Source of the DNA: Candidatus Babeliales bacterium
Lineage (GTDB): Bacteria; Babelota; Babeliae; Babelales; JABCYS01
Reading direction: 5' to 3'
DNA: 32,251 nt
NCBI GenBank assembly: GCA_016929235.1
Contig: JAFGJD010000001.1
Coordinates: 1 to 32,251, forward strand
In this document: piece after piece, positions 10,726 to 19,222 of the stretch
Layout: each line of letters opens with the position of its first letter
How positions within the stretch are numbered: position 1 is the stretch's first letter
Program-made: the position numbers and the translations under genes
The notes under the pieces: model-generated
Told to the model about the DNA's origin: nothing
The model's input: only the letters and a program-made list of their open reading frames with translations
The model's database searches: none

Positions 10726-13281
10726 TTAGAACGTTCTGTTCATCGTCAAATGAACTTCGGTGAGTGGCTCTCCTGCCTTTTTATTGCGATCCAGTTTAAG
10801 TCCCCAGTCAATTTGAGCAGGGAATGGTCCACCAAGGATTCTGACACCAAATCCAATTGCATGGCGATAGTTAAAGCCATTATTTCTAAGTTGATCAGCT
10901 GGAATCAAATCTGCATCAGGGGTATCCCAACCGGCACCACCATCATAAAAGACCGCAGCCTTATATTGGAAGTCAGGAGTCAGAGGAACAACAATTTCGG
11001 TATTAATCCAGAATGCATTTTTTGCTCCAATAGAATCACTATCATAGGTCCCCGGAACACGCCACTGTGGACTTATTTGTCCAAATAAGAAACCGCGAAC
11101 ACTTGCAGGCCCACCAACATGGAACAACTCTCGATATGGAATAGTATGGTTGCCAAGCCGCGCCACCACCCCAATGTGACCATGGAGTCCAAGGACCATA
11201 TCGTGTTCACCGATCAGAGGGGTATACCAGCTTGCATCACCTTCAAATCGTAAGAAGCCAAAATTGGTTCCAACAATACTGTTTTTGTTTGTACCTACCG
11301 CATTTTTTGCGCAATCGTAACTAGTATTATCATTCGTACTTCCCGAAGATTGGGTTGGAATACCTACCTTAAAGTTTAATGACCATTGATGGCCTCGAGA
11401 TGGGTGTGTTGGGTGATTTCGTGTATCGAAGTTAGTTATATTAGAGGCCCAGAGCATGGTTCCCTGTTCAAATCGACGCTGCAAAATAGCATTGAAGGTT
11501 GCTGCATATTCTGCACCAAGAGCAGTATTGGCCTGTGGCATATTGTTTCCATACGCCAGATGTTCTGCTCCGATTTGGAATTGTGAATGAATATCTGAAC
11601 GCTTACCCATAAAGAATCCGATACCAGCCGTTCCTCCAACGCGATTTTCAGTTACCTTTGATTGAATGTTATTTCTCATCTCATCATAAGTCTGGCTGCT
11701 GGTTCCAAATGCAAGAGCGCCAGAGATTGGTTTATCAAATAACCATGGATACATAAGGCTTGCGTTTCCACTGATTCTTTGCCAGGATGCTGATCCATTG
11801 ACGTTATATTGTAAGCCTTGTCCCCATGCGTTATTGTCAAAGAAGGTAGCGTTAGCTGTGAAAGCGCTTGCGGCATTTCTTATATTCACAGCATCACCGC
11901 CAGTTCCGAGTTGAAATTCAAATTTACCGGTTCGAACTTCTTTGACCATCAAATCAAGGTCACAGAGTTCATCGTTGATACGATTAATTTTCCAGTTTAC
12001 ACCGTCGCGCGGATCAAAATATCCAAGGCCTGATACCCGATCTTTTGCTCTATCCATTCGGCGGCTGTTAAGGATCTCTCCTTCGTCAAGATCAATCTGT
12101 CGTCGAATCATTTTATCGCGACTTTTTTTATTTCCTACGATATTAATTCGATTCAAACGGACTTTATTACCAAGTTCTGAATAAAGGGCTACTTTGACGG
12201 TTTTGGTTTGTTCATCTGGTTGTACTGATGGTTCAACGTCTGCATAAATATATCCATGTTCTCCCCATAGTGATCGGAGAAACTCAATAGATCGTTTGAG
12301 GCGATCTTGTGAATAGGTTTGTCCGGGACGTATCGGAAGGACGCGAAGAATTTCTTCTTCATTTAGCAATTCATTTCCTGGCGCAGATATCTCTGAGAAA
12401 GAATATTGTGGTCCTTCTTCGATATAGAACGTTATAAGAAAGTCGCCTCGGTCCTGATCCTTCTCGATTTCAGTTTTTACTACCTTTGCGGTTAAAAATC
12501 CTTGGTTATGATACATCGTTTCAATCGTGTACTTGTCTTGTTCTACTGCATCGGGGTGATAGGTTCCGGCACGGTCCATGATGCTAAAGAGCCAATCTTC
12601 TCGCGTGAAAATACTGTTGCGCAGTACTTTGCTATTTATACGTTGATTGCCCTTGAAGCTAACACGTTTTACAACGGTGTAGGCTCCCTCATTGATGGTA
12701 AATACTACATCAACTTTTCCGTCAGCGGTTTCTTTTAGTTGTGCGTGTACTTGAGCGCCATGATAACCGCGTTCTGCGTACATGTGTCTGATGATTTGTT
12801 CGAATTTTGGTAATTCATCTGCTTCAAGTGTTTTAATTTTTGTAAAATCTATTTTCTTGCGAATAGCTGTTTCTAATAAATGTTTATTTCCAACAAAGCG
12901 AGCAGACTGGAACCGCTTCTTTTCAGTAAGATCGATATACAAATATAATCCTCTTATTCCACTGTACTCAATGGATACTTCGATCTGCTTGAAGTATCCA
13001 AGTTCGTGTAAGTTTCTGATGAGGGTACTGGTTTTTGTAGGGTCAAAATGATGTCCGAGTTGGTACGGGATTCGGTGCCTGATTGCTTCTTCTGAGACAA
13101 GCGTATTGCCAGAGATAATGATTTTTTTGATATAACGCTCATCGACGGTTGTATCTTCTTCTAGAGACGTTTGTTCAAGGCGAGCGGCATGATCCTGTCG
13201 AGCAATAGCATGAATTGCAGTTGCAAGGGTTAAGAGCGCAATGCCATAAAAAGCTTTCTTTGTGGTGAAGCGGGGAACCAT
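10726..13281 (-). CDS. bamA: Outer membrane protein assembly factor BamA
   Basis: Signal peptide, five POTRA-like segments (ISGN, FVGN, FKGN, APGN, IVGN), the SVRGF lid-loop motif and terminal Phe; 851 aa. Confidence 0.95.
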   Translation of the reverse strand: MVPRFTTKKAFYGIALLTLATAIHAIARQDHAARLEQTSLEEDTTVDERYIKKIIISGNTLVSEEAIRHRIPYQLGHHFDPTKTSTLIRNLHELGYFKQIEVSIEYSGIRGLYLYIDLTEKKRFQSARFVGNKHLLETAIRKKIDFTKIKTLEADELPKFEQIIRHMYAERGYHGAQVHAQLKETADGKVDVVFTINEGAYTVVKRVSFKGNQRINSKVLRNSIFTREDWLFSIMDRAGTYHPDAVEQDKYTIETMYHNQGFLTAKVVKTEIEKDQDRGDFLITFYIEEGPQYSFSEISAPGNELLNEEEILRVLPIRPGQTYSQDRLKRSIEFLRSLWGEHGYIYADVEPSVQPDEQTKTVKVALYSELGNKVRLNRINIVGNKKSRDKMIRRQIDLDEGEILNSRRMDRAKDRVSGLGYFDPRDGVNWKINRINDELCDLDLMVKEVRTGKFEFQLGTGGDAVNIRNAASAFTANATFFDNNAWGQGLQYNVNGSASWQRISGNASLMYPWLFDKPISGALAFGTSSQTYDEMRNNIQSKVTENRVGGTAGIGFFMGKRSDIHSQFQIGAEHLAYGNNMPQANTALGAEYAATFNAILQRRFEQGTMLWASNITNFDTRNHPTHPSRGHQWSLNFKVGIPTQSSGSTNDNTSYDCAKNAVGTNKNSIVGTNFGFLRFEGDASWYTPLIGEHDMVLGLHGHIGVVARLGNHTIPYRELFHVGGPASVRGFLFGQISPQWRVPGTYDSDSIGAKNAFWINTEIVVPLTPDFQYKAAVFYDGGAGWDTPDADLIPADQLRNNGFNYRHAIGFGVRILGGPFPAQIDWGLKLDRNKKAGEPLTEVHLTMNRTF

Positions 13282-13484
13282 TCCTACTCTGCTCCTACGT
13301 AGTCTGAATTTTGTTATGCCCGTGATTCTATAGAAAACTGAGGAAAAGAGAATAGTTTATTTTAGACATGCAATGGGAAAGAGCGACATAGAGAGCCGAA
13401 ATGATTGATGACAGACCATGTGCTTGTGGTATGCTGCTTAACGTTGTCGTTGCGTTTACTGTGATTTTGGGTGAAGAACCTATA

Positions 13485-14828
13485 ATGAAGAATCTTTCAC
13501 TAACCAACACTCTTTCAGGAACACAAGAACCATTTCAGGCTCGATCAAATCAAAAAGTATCACTGTATGTTTGTGGCGTCACGCCATATGATTTTGCGCA
13601 TATGGGACATGGCCGCTGTTATGTGACATTTGATCTTTTGTATCGATTGCTTTTGTTTCTTGGATATGACGTTACCTACTGTCGTAACTTTACTGATGTT
13701 GACGACAAATTGTTGTCTCGGGCGCAACAAGAGCTTGGTGATCGGCTCCAGTATCCGGCCGTTGCACAAAAATATATTGATGCTTATCACGAAGATATGA
13801 AAGCGCTGAACTGTCTTATTCCCTCATGTGAGCCTCGTGTGACTGAAACAATCCCGGAGATTATTGCATTTATAGAAGGGCTTATCGGGCAAGATAAAGC
13901 CTATGTTGTCAATGGTGATGTATATTATCGTGTTCGATCATTTGAACCATATGGAAAATTATCTAAGCGTGACATTGATGAGCTTGAGTCGGGAGCACGG
14001 ATCGATGTAGATGACCGTAAAGAAGATCCATTGGACTTTGCTCTTTGGAAATCGGAGCCGGAAGGAATGTTTTGGAAAAGCCCATGGGGATATGGGCGTC
14101 CGGGATGGCATATAGAATGTTCTGCTATGGCGAAGAAGTTTTTGGGTGATCAGATTGATATCCACGGTGGTGGTATGGATCTTATGTTTCCACACCATGA
14201 AAATGAAATAGCTCAGACAGAGGGCTTGACTGGGAAAGAGTTTGTGAAGTACTGGGTGCACAATGCATTCGTTACGATTAATAAAGAGAAGATGTCGAAA
14301 TCATTAGGGAATTTTTTTACCTTACGAGAGGTATTCAAAAAGTTTGATCCGATGGTGATTCGCTATTATTTTTTAGCGCACCATTATCGAGCGCCGCTTG
14401 ATTTCACCTTTGAGAATCTCGAAGCAATGAGTAAAAGTTATCAACGTTTATGTAAGGCGTTTGAACAGTACGATTGTTCACAAAAGATGACTACTGAACA
14501 AATGAAAACATCTTCAACGGTAGAGCGTATGCTTGGCTTTTTGTGTGATGATTTGAATGCGTCCGGGATGTTTGGTGTGTTGTTTGAGGCATTGCGTACA
14601 CTCCGTGCTGATGAAGCATGTAAAATCAAGGCATTTGTTCTAACTGTCTTGGGATTGGATCTAATACCACTTAAGCAAGAAGTTATTATGACACCTGAGA
14701 TTGAACGCATGATGCGTGAACGCGATGAGGCACGAGCGACTCGTGACTGGAATCGTGCTGATCAGCTACGTGACGCGTTACAAAAGCTTGGCGTTGAAGT
14801 TCAAGATAAGCCTATAAAAAAAGGATAA
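13485..14828 (+). CDS. cysS: Cysteine--tRNA ligase
   Basis: YVCGVTPYD, HMGH, GRPGWHIECSAM, FPHHENE, KMSKS. Start moved to ATG 13485 (MKNLSLTNTL). Confidence 0.97.
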   Translation: MKNLSLTNTLSGTQEPFQARSNQKVSLYVCGVTPYDFAHMGHGRCYVTFDLLYRLLLFLGYDVTYCRNFTDVDDKLLSRAQQELGDRLQYPAVAQKYIDAYHEDMKALNCLIPSCEPRVTETIPEIIAFIEGLIGQDKAYVVNGDVYYRVRSFEPYGKLSKRDIDELESGARIDVDDRKEDPLDFALWKSEPEGMFWKSPWGYGRPGWHIECSAMAKKFLGDQIDIHGGGMDLMFPHHENEIAQTEGLTGKEFVKYWVHNAFVTINKEKMSKSLGNFFTLREVFKKFDPMVIRYYFLAHHYRAPLDFTFENLEAMSKSYQRLCKAFEQYDCSQKMTTEQMKTSSTVERMLGFLCDDLNASGMFGVLFEALRTLRADEACKIKAFVLTVLGLDLIPLKQEVIMTPEIERMMRERDEARATRDWNRADQLRDALQKLGVEVQDKPIKKG

Positions 14829-14875
14829 GAGAAGCCCTGAACGAACTTCCCTTATCGCAGACTCTTAAATGCATG

Positions 14876-15259
14876 TTATCGCATTCTAACGGTTATTTTT
14901 CCGTGAGTGTCAATAGCAAATGTCATCCTCTCGGCTTGTTTATTGACGTTATCAATGGTGATGTATTGTCCTTCATGAGGACAAATGACAATCTTTGAGA
15001 TTTCGCGTGCAGGCTCAAAGGGATCATTACTTTTATGTTGTCGCTTTATATCGGTAGATATGATCTGACGGGGCTGTATGTTGTTAAACGACAGAGCAAC
15101 TGATCCTTTATCACATACCATTTCCTTACCATCAGGGCCCTTGCAGACGAAATGTATCTCCACGCTATGAATTTTGATGGCAAGGGGATTTTTTATGGTG
15201 AGTCCTTGTGTAGAACAGCCGATGAGCATAAGACCTGTAATGAGTAATATTTGCTTCAT
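14876..15259 (-). CDS. Small exported protein, possible lipoprotein
   Basis: ATG 15259 with SD AAGGA; MKQILLITGLMLIGC contains a lipobox-like LIGC. Confidence 0.7.
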   Translation of the reverse strand: MKQILLITGLMLIGCSTQGLTIKNPLAIKIHSVEIHFVCKGPDGKEMVCDKGSVALSFNNIQPRQIISTDIKRQHKSNDPFEPAREISKIVICPHEGQYITIDNVNKQAERMTFAIDTHGKITVRMR

Positions 15260-15291
15260 AACTATTCCTTTCAAGGCTTAGCCCCAGCTAT

Positions 15292-15765
15292 TTAGACGTC
15301 TATTTCTACTTTAGTCGTATGCCCGCCATGTTTTGCTGGATCTACATCATCGATTTTGATTTCGATATCATGAGGAGCTTTAGCTTTCTCGAATTTAACT
15401 CGTGCTGTATCAAAGTGATATTTACAGCGGCCGCCCTTTTCACTCAGTGGATGACTCTTACTGGTACATTTTTCAAGGAGGTCTACACGGATTTTTTTGA
15501 CTTTTGCGCACTCTCTGATTTTACTGCCATCTTCATTTTCGCCTTTGACAACTAACGCTACTTTGAACTGTGCTCCCGGCGCAATATCTTCAAACTTAAG
15601 GCTATTTGTTATCCCGCCTTTGCTGACAAGCTTGAGGCGAAGGTTGGAGATTATTTTTCCTGTTTCATTCTTTATGGTCATCATACGGTCTTTGTGTTTT
15701 GCATCAGCAATGCCGCTGATGCAAAGTGCAATGATACCACTTATAACGAGTGATTTCTTGTTCAT
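15292..15765 (-). CDS. Small exported basic protein, unknown function
   Basis: SD AAGGA; signal peptide MNKKSLVISGIIALCISGIADA. Confidence 0.75.
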   Translation of the reverse strand: MNKKSLVISGIIALCISGIADAKHKDRMMTIKNETGKIISNLRLKLVSKGGITNSLKFEDIAPGAQFKVALVVKGENEDGSKIRECAKVKKIRVDLLEKCTSKSHPLSEKGGRCKYHFDTARVKFEKAKAPHDIEIKIDDVDPAKHGGHTTKVEIDV

Positions 15766-15811
15766 ACTGGTTCCTTTCTTGTATGGTTATCTTCGACTAA
15801 CTTTTAGAGCC

Positions 15812-15889
15812 CCCGTTACTACGATCGGGGTGTTTTCCAATCCTGTGGGTGGCTTTCGCCTAGGATAATGGAACAATCGTAGTAACGGG
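15812..15889. other. Long intergenic hairpin, candidate structured RNA or palindromic element
   Basis: Perfect 14-bp inverted repeat CCCGTTACTACGAT/ATCGTAGTAACGGG enclosing TTCCA/TGGAA, ATCCT/AGGAT and a GGC-GAAA-GCC cap when read on the minus strand. Confidence 0.6.
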
Positions 15890-15914
15890 TATTCTGTAAT
15901 AATCCTTTTTCTTA

Positions 15915-16412
15915 CTACTCCCCAAGCGTATCATTGAAGTACGGACCATACTCTGCATAGTACCTTACCCCATTGTTTTTAATCACAAATTCTGTGGCAT
16001 GAGATCCGAGAGGAAATGTTATTTTCGAATGAATAGGCGTCCTTCGAGGATTGATCTTAATTTTACGGATCGAGATATCTTCTACTGTATCTAGAGTAGA
16101 TGCAACCGCTCCCGAAATATCTGGATGAGTTGCTTCTAGGACGTTGATAACTATGTCTGTGTCAGGGGCAATATTTTTTACTTTGATGAATCCGTCAGCG
16201 AAGGTTTGGTTCGCCTGTGATGACCCAGAAAAGCGCACAAATACCAAGAGCTCTTCGATAGATTTAGTTGCTTCGTTTCGTATAAAAATTGTCGGATTGG
16301 TGGGGGAAAGTTTTGTACTCGAGATTCCAAGTACAACGGCGTTGACCCCTGACGTTAGGGCTAGAAGGCCGAAAAGGATGCATGTGCGGATATCGTGTTG
16401 TTTATGCTTCAC
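15915..16412 (-). CDS. Small exported protein, unknown function
   Basis: GTG start with GAGGTGGAG upstream; signal-like ILFGLLALTSGVNA. Confidence 0.72.
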   Translation of the reverse strand: MKHKQHDIRTCILFGLLALTSGVNAVVLGISSTKLSPTNPTIFIRNEATKSIEELLVFVRFSGSSQANQTFADGFIKVKNIAPDTDIVINVLEATHPDISGAVASTLDTVEDISIRKIKINPRRTPIHSKITFPLGSHATEFVIKNNGVRYYAEYGPYFNDTLGE

Positions 16413-16507
16413 TACTCCACCTCAGATTACTACTCTCTTACTACTGTACCTGAGGGGGAGATCGTCTCACAATAGTTTGTATCTAAAAGTAAGCAATCGC
16501 TTCTGGT

Positions 16508-16831
16508 TTAGGCACCAAAAGCCTTTTGGATTTTAGCTTTTAGGTCTTCTTTGCTCATGTAGCCGCCAGTCCGGCCGACTACTTCATTATTTTGCACAAA
16601 GATGAAGGTAGGAACTGATGTGACGCCGTACTGAATAGAGAGATCACGAGACTCATCAACATTAATCTTTGCAAATTTGTAAGTAGAGCCGATTTCTTCC
16701 TCTAGTTCTGCAAAGATAGGAGCCATGTGCTGACATGGGCCACACCATGATGCGTAAATATCGATGATGATTGGCTTGGTTTCATTTTTAATTTCTTGAT
16801 TAAAATTTTCATTTGTGACTACAACGGCCAT
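16508..16831 (-). CDS. trxA: Thioredoxin
   Basis: WCGPC active site, KINVD and SVPT motifs; 107 aa. Confidence 0.96.
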   Translation of the reverse strand: MAVVVTNENFNQEIKNETKPIIIDIYASWCGPCQHMAPIFAELEEEIGSTYKFAKINVDESRDLSIQYGVTSVPTFIFVQNNEVVGRTGGYMSKEDLKAKIQKAFGA

Positions 16832-16910
16832 AATGCTTCCTTAAGGTCAAAATTATAATTTGTATGTGTAGTGTTTAGTGTATCAGGATAGAATGGGATG
16901 TGAATGTGTC

Positions 16911-17435
16911 TTAGTCCTTACATTCACAGGTTTTATCTGGGTCGCGATGTTTGTATCCTTTGATAACCAAATTGTTGAGTGCTTGGAATGAGATCTCTTT
17001 TTCAATGGGTCCAGCATCATTTAATTGATCACAGTAGATTTTGCGTGATAATTCAATTATGTAGCGATACTCGGTTTTATTTTTGTCATTTGAGACAATG
17101 ATAATGTCGACATATTCACGTTTATCGAATTTAGTAATTATAGGTTCGGTTCCTGGCATTTTTATGGCGTATACTTCTGCGAGATCAATGCGCGATTTGT
17201 TGATATCTGGATTGATATCGTGTTTTTCTGGTTTTTGGTAAACCGGTATTTGTTTGTAGAGGCCTGAGATTGAAATGTTATCAACATCGCAGACATTACC
17301 CTGGTTGTCGGTTAAAGTTCCATAAAAATTAACACTGTGTTTTTCTTTACCGCCAGTGGTGGAATTATCCGATGAAAAATGTGCCAAAACAACGAATGAA
17401 AGTGCTGCTATGATGATACGTGAGAAACACTTCAT
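16911..17435 (-). CDS. Exported hypothetical protein
   Basis: 174-aa ORF with a hydrophobic N-terminus, GAGGT SD and C-terminal CECKD. Confidence 0.7.
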   Translation of the reverse strand: MKCFSRIIIAALSFVVLAHFSSDNSTTGGKEKHSVNFYGTLTDNQGNVCDVDNISISGLYKQIPVYQKPEKHDINPDINKSRIDLAEVYAIKMPGTEPIITKFDKREYVDIIIVSNDKNKTEYRYIIELSRKIYCDQLNDAGPIEKEISFQALNNLVIKGYKHRDPDKTCECKD

Positions 17436-17565
17436 ACCTCGATCCCTTTTTTATACGAGTTTCACGAGCATTACACTCAAGGTCTACTATATCTGTTTAG
17501 TTTTGTGCAAGAGCTGTGTATATTTTCCCCAATTGGTGTGAGCATATTTGAACGAAGGAGAAAGT

Positions 17566-19206
17566 GTGAGCAGGGTAAGACAATCTACGTTCGTTGTGAT
17601 TATGGTGGGGATGGCCATTCAGATCCACGCCAAACGAGTCTTTAGCAAGTTGGATGATCTTGAGAGCGCTTCGATTGTTGAAGATGCTTCGCTTGTTGTT
17701 GAGGACAAATTGAGTATCGACTTTGCAAAAAAGCGAGAGCGCGTTGTTACTCTAGTGAAAAAGGGAATTACTCATTTGAATAGTGTTGGTCCTGAACGTG
17801 CGTTTAATGACTTTCTTTCTAATCCAAAATTTGTTGATGGAGACGTTCAAATCTTTGTTGATGGGGCGGATGGAGTTGTGTACGTCCGGCCTCCTGTTAG
17901 GGATGATATATGGCTCGATTTTTCGAAATATACCAACGCGCATGGTATTAATATTCAAGAGCTGATTTTAAAGAAGGCTAATCAGGGTGGTGGTTGGGTA
18001 TCGTATGAATGGGACGGGGGTTATAAGGAGTCGTACGTTGAAAAACTGACATATAAAGATACCGCCTACATTATTGGTGCAGGTTGGTATCCAATTTCGC
18101 GCAAAATGGCAGTAGAAAATTTTGTTCGAAGTGCTATTGCATATTTTAATAAGAATGGTGGAGAGGCAGCGTTTAGTGCTTTTTCCAACAAGTTCGGTGA
18201 TTTTATAAAAGGTGATTTATATATTTTTGTTCATGATGTCGATGGGATCGAATTAGCGCATGGTCAAAATCCTTCTTTAGTTGGTGCGGATGTCTCTTGG
18301 GATGAGGGGGTTCGACTTGAAAATGAGATGGGTAAACGCGGTGAATCTGGCTGGGTAGTAGAAAAATGGCGCAATGCTGAAAAACATTCTTTTATTCAGA
18401 TCATAGAGTATAAAGGTAAAAAATGTGTGCTTGGTGCTGGTTACTACCCTGCAACCAATCGGGATAGTGTCGTTGATTTGGTAAAAAGTGGCGTGAAATT
18501 TTTCTACGCGTGGGGGAGAGAAAAAGCTGCTGCCGAATTTAGTAATAGAGGCGGTGATTTAGGAAAATTTATCTCAGGGGAACAGTTTTTGATGATGTGT
18601 CGGTTTGATGGCGTTGTTGTTGCACATGGCGATAATCCAGACATGATAGGTCAAAATATTTTGGAACTTAAAACGCCGATTGGGCGTTACGTAATTAAAG
18701 AAACTATAGAGGTCGCTAAGCGTGGTGGGGGTTGGCTCAAGTATCGTTGGAATGGGGCATTGCTCTATTCTTATGTAGAGAAGGTGAGTGATCAGGATGG
18801 AGATTATTTTATTTCCAATGGATTTTATCCACGAACCCAAGTGCAAGAAGTTGAAAATCTTGTGACGTCGGCAGCTGAGCATCTCAAATGGATGCCGCTC
18901 GAAGAGTCACTTTATGTTTTTGGTCAAAGATCTGGTCAATTTATTCATGGATCCTATCATTTATTCTTATTCACGGAACAAGGTCGATGTCTTTTGTACG
19001 GCGCCAATCATACTTTGGTATGGGAAGACTTTAAAGACTATAAGCTTTCTGATGGTGATACTCTTATAATGCGTATGATTAATAAGGCGAAAAATGGTGG
19101 AGGTTGGTTATCATATGCGTCACGCAACAGCACCAGATGGGTGTATGTGAGAAAAATGAAAAAAGATGGCAAGGAATATATCCTTGGTTCAGGGTTCTAC
19201 GTGTAG
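17566..19206 (+). CDS. Exported protein made of four tandem single-Cache (sCache_2-like) domains, paralog A
   Basis: GTG 17566 after SD AAGGAG; signal-like N-terminus. Four ~120-aa repeats, each with a GW-containing motif (GGGWVSY, ESGWVVE, GGGWLKY, GGGWLSY), ending GAGWYP, GAGYYP, SNGFYP and GSGFYV. Confidence 0.85.
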   Translation: MSRVRQSTFVVIMVGMAIQIHAKRVFSKLDDLESASIVEDASLVVEDKLSIDFAKKRERVVTLVKKGITHLNSVGPERAFNDFLSNPKFVDGDVQIFVDGADGVVYVRPPVRDDIWLDFSKYTNAHGINIQELILKKANQGGGWVSYEWDGGYKESYVEKLTYKDTAYIIGAGWYPISRKMAVENFVRSAIAYFNKNGGEAAFSAFSNKFGDFIKGDLYIFVHDVDGIELAHGQNPSLVGADVSWDEGVRLENEMGKRGESGWVVEKWRNAEKHSFIQIIEYKGKKCVLGAGYYPATNRDSVVDLVKSGVKFFYAWGREKAAAEFSNRGGDLGKFISGEQFLMMCRFDGVVVAHGDNPDMIGQNILELKTPIGRYVIKETIEVAKRGGGWLKYRWNGALLYSYVEKVSDQDGDYFISNGFYPRTQVQEVENLVTSAAEHLKWMPLEESLYVFGQRSGQFIHGSYHLFLFTEQGRCLLYGANHTLVWEDFKDYKLSDGDTLIMRMINKAKNGGGWLSYASRNSTRWVYVRKMKKDGKEYILGSGFYV

Positions 19207-19222
19207 TCAATAGGAGAGTCTG

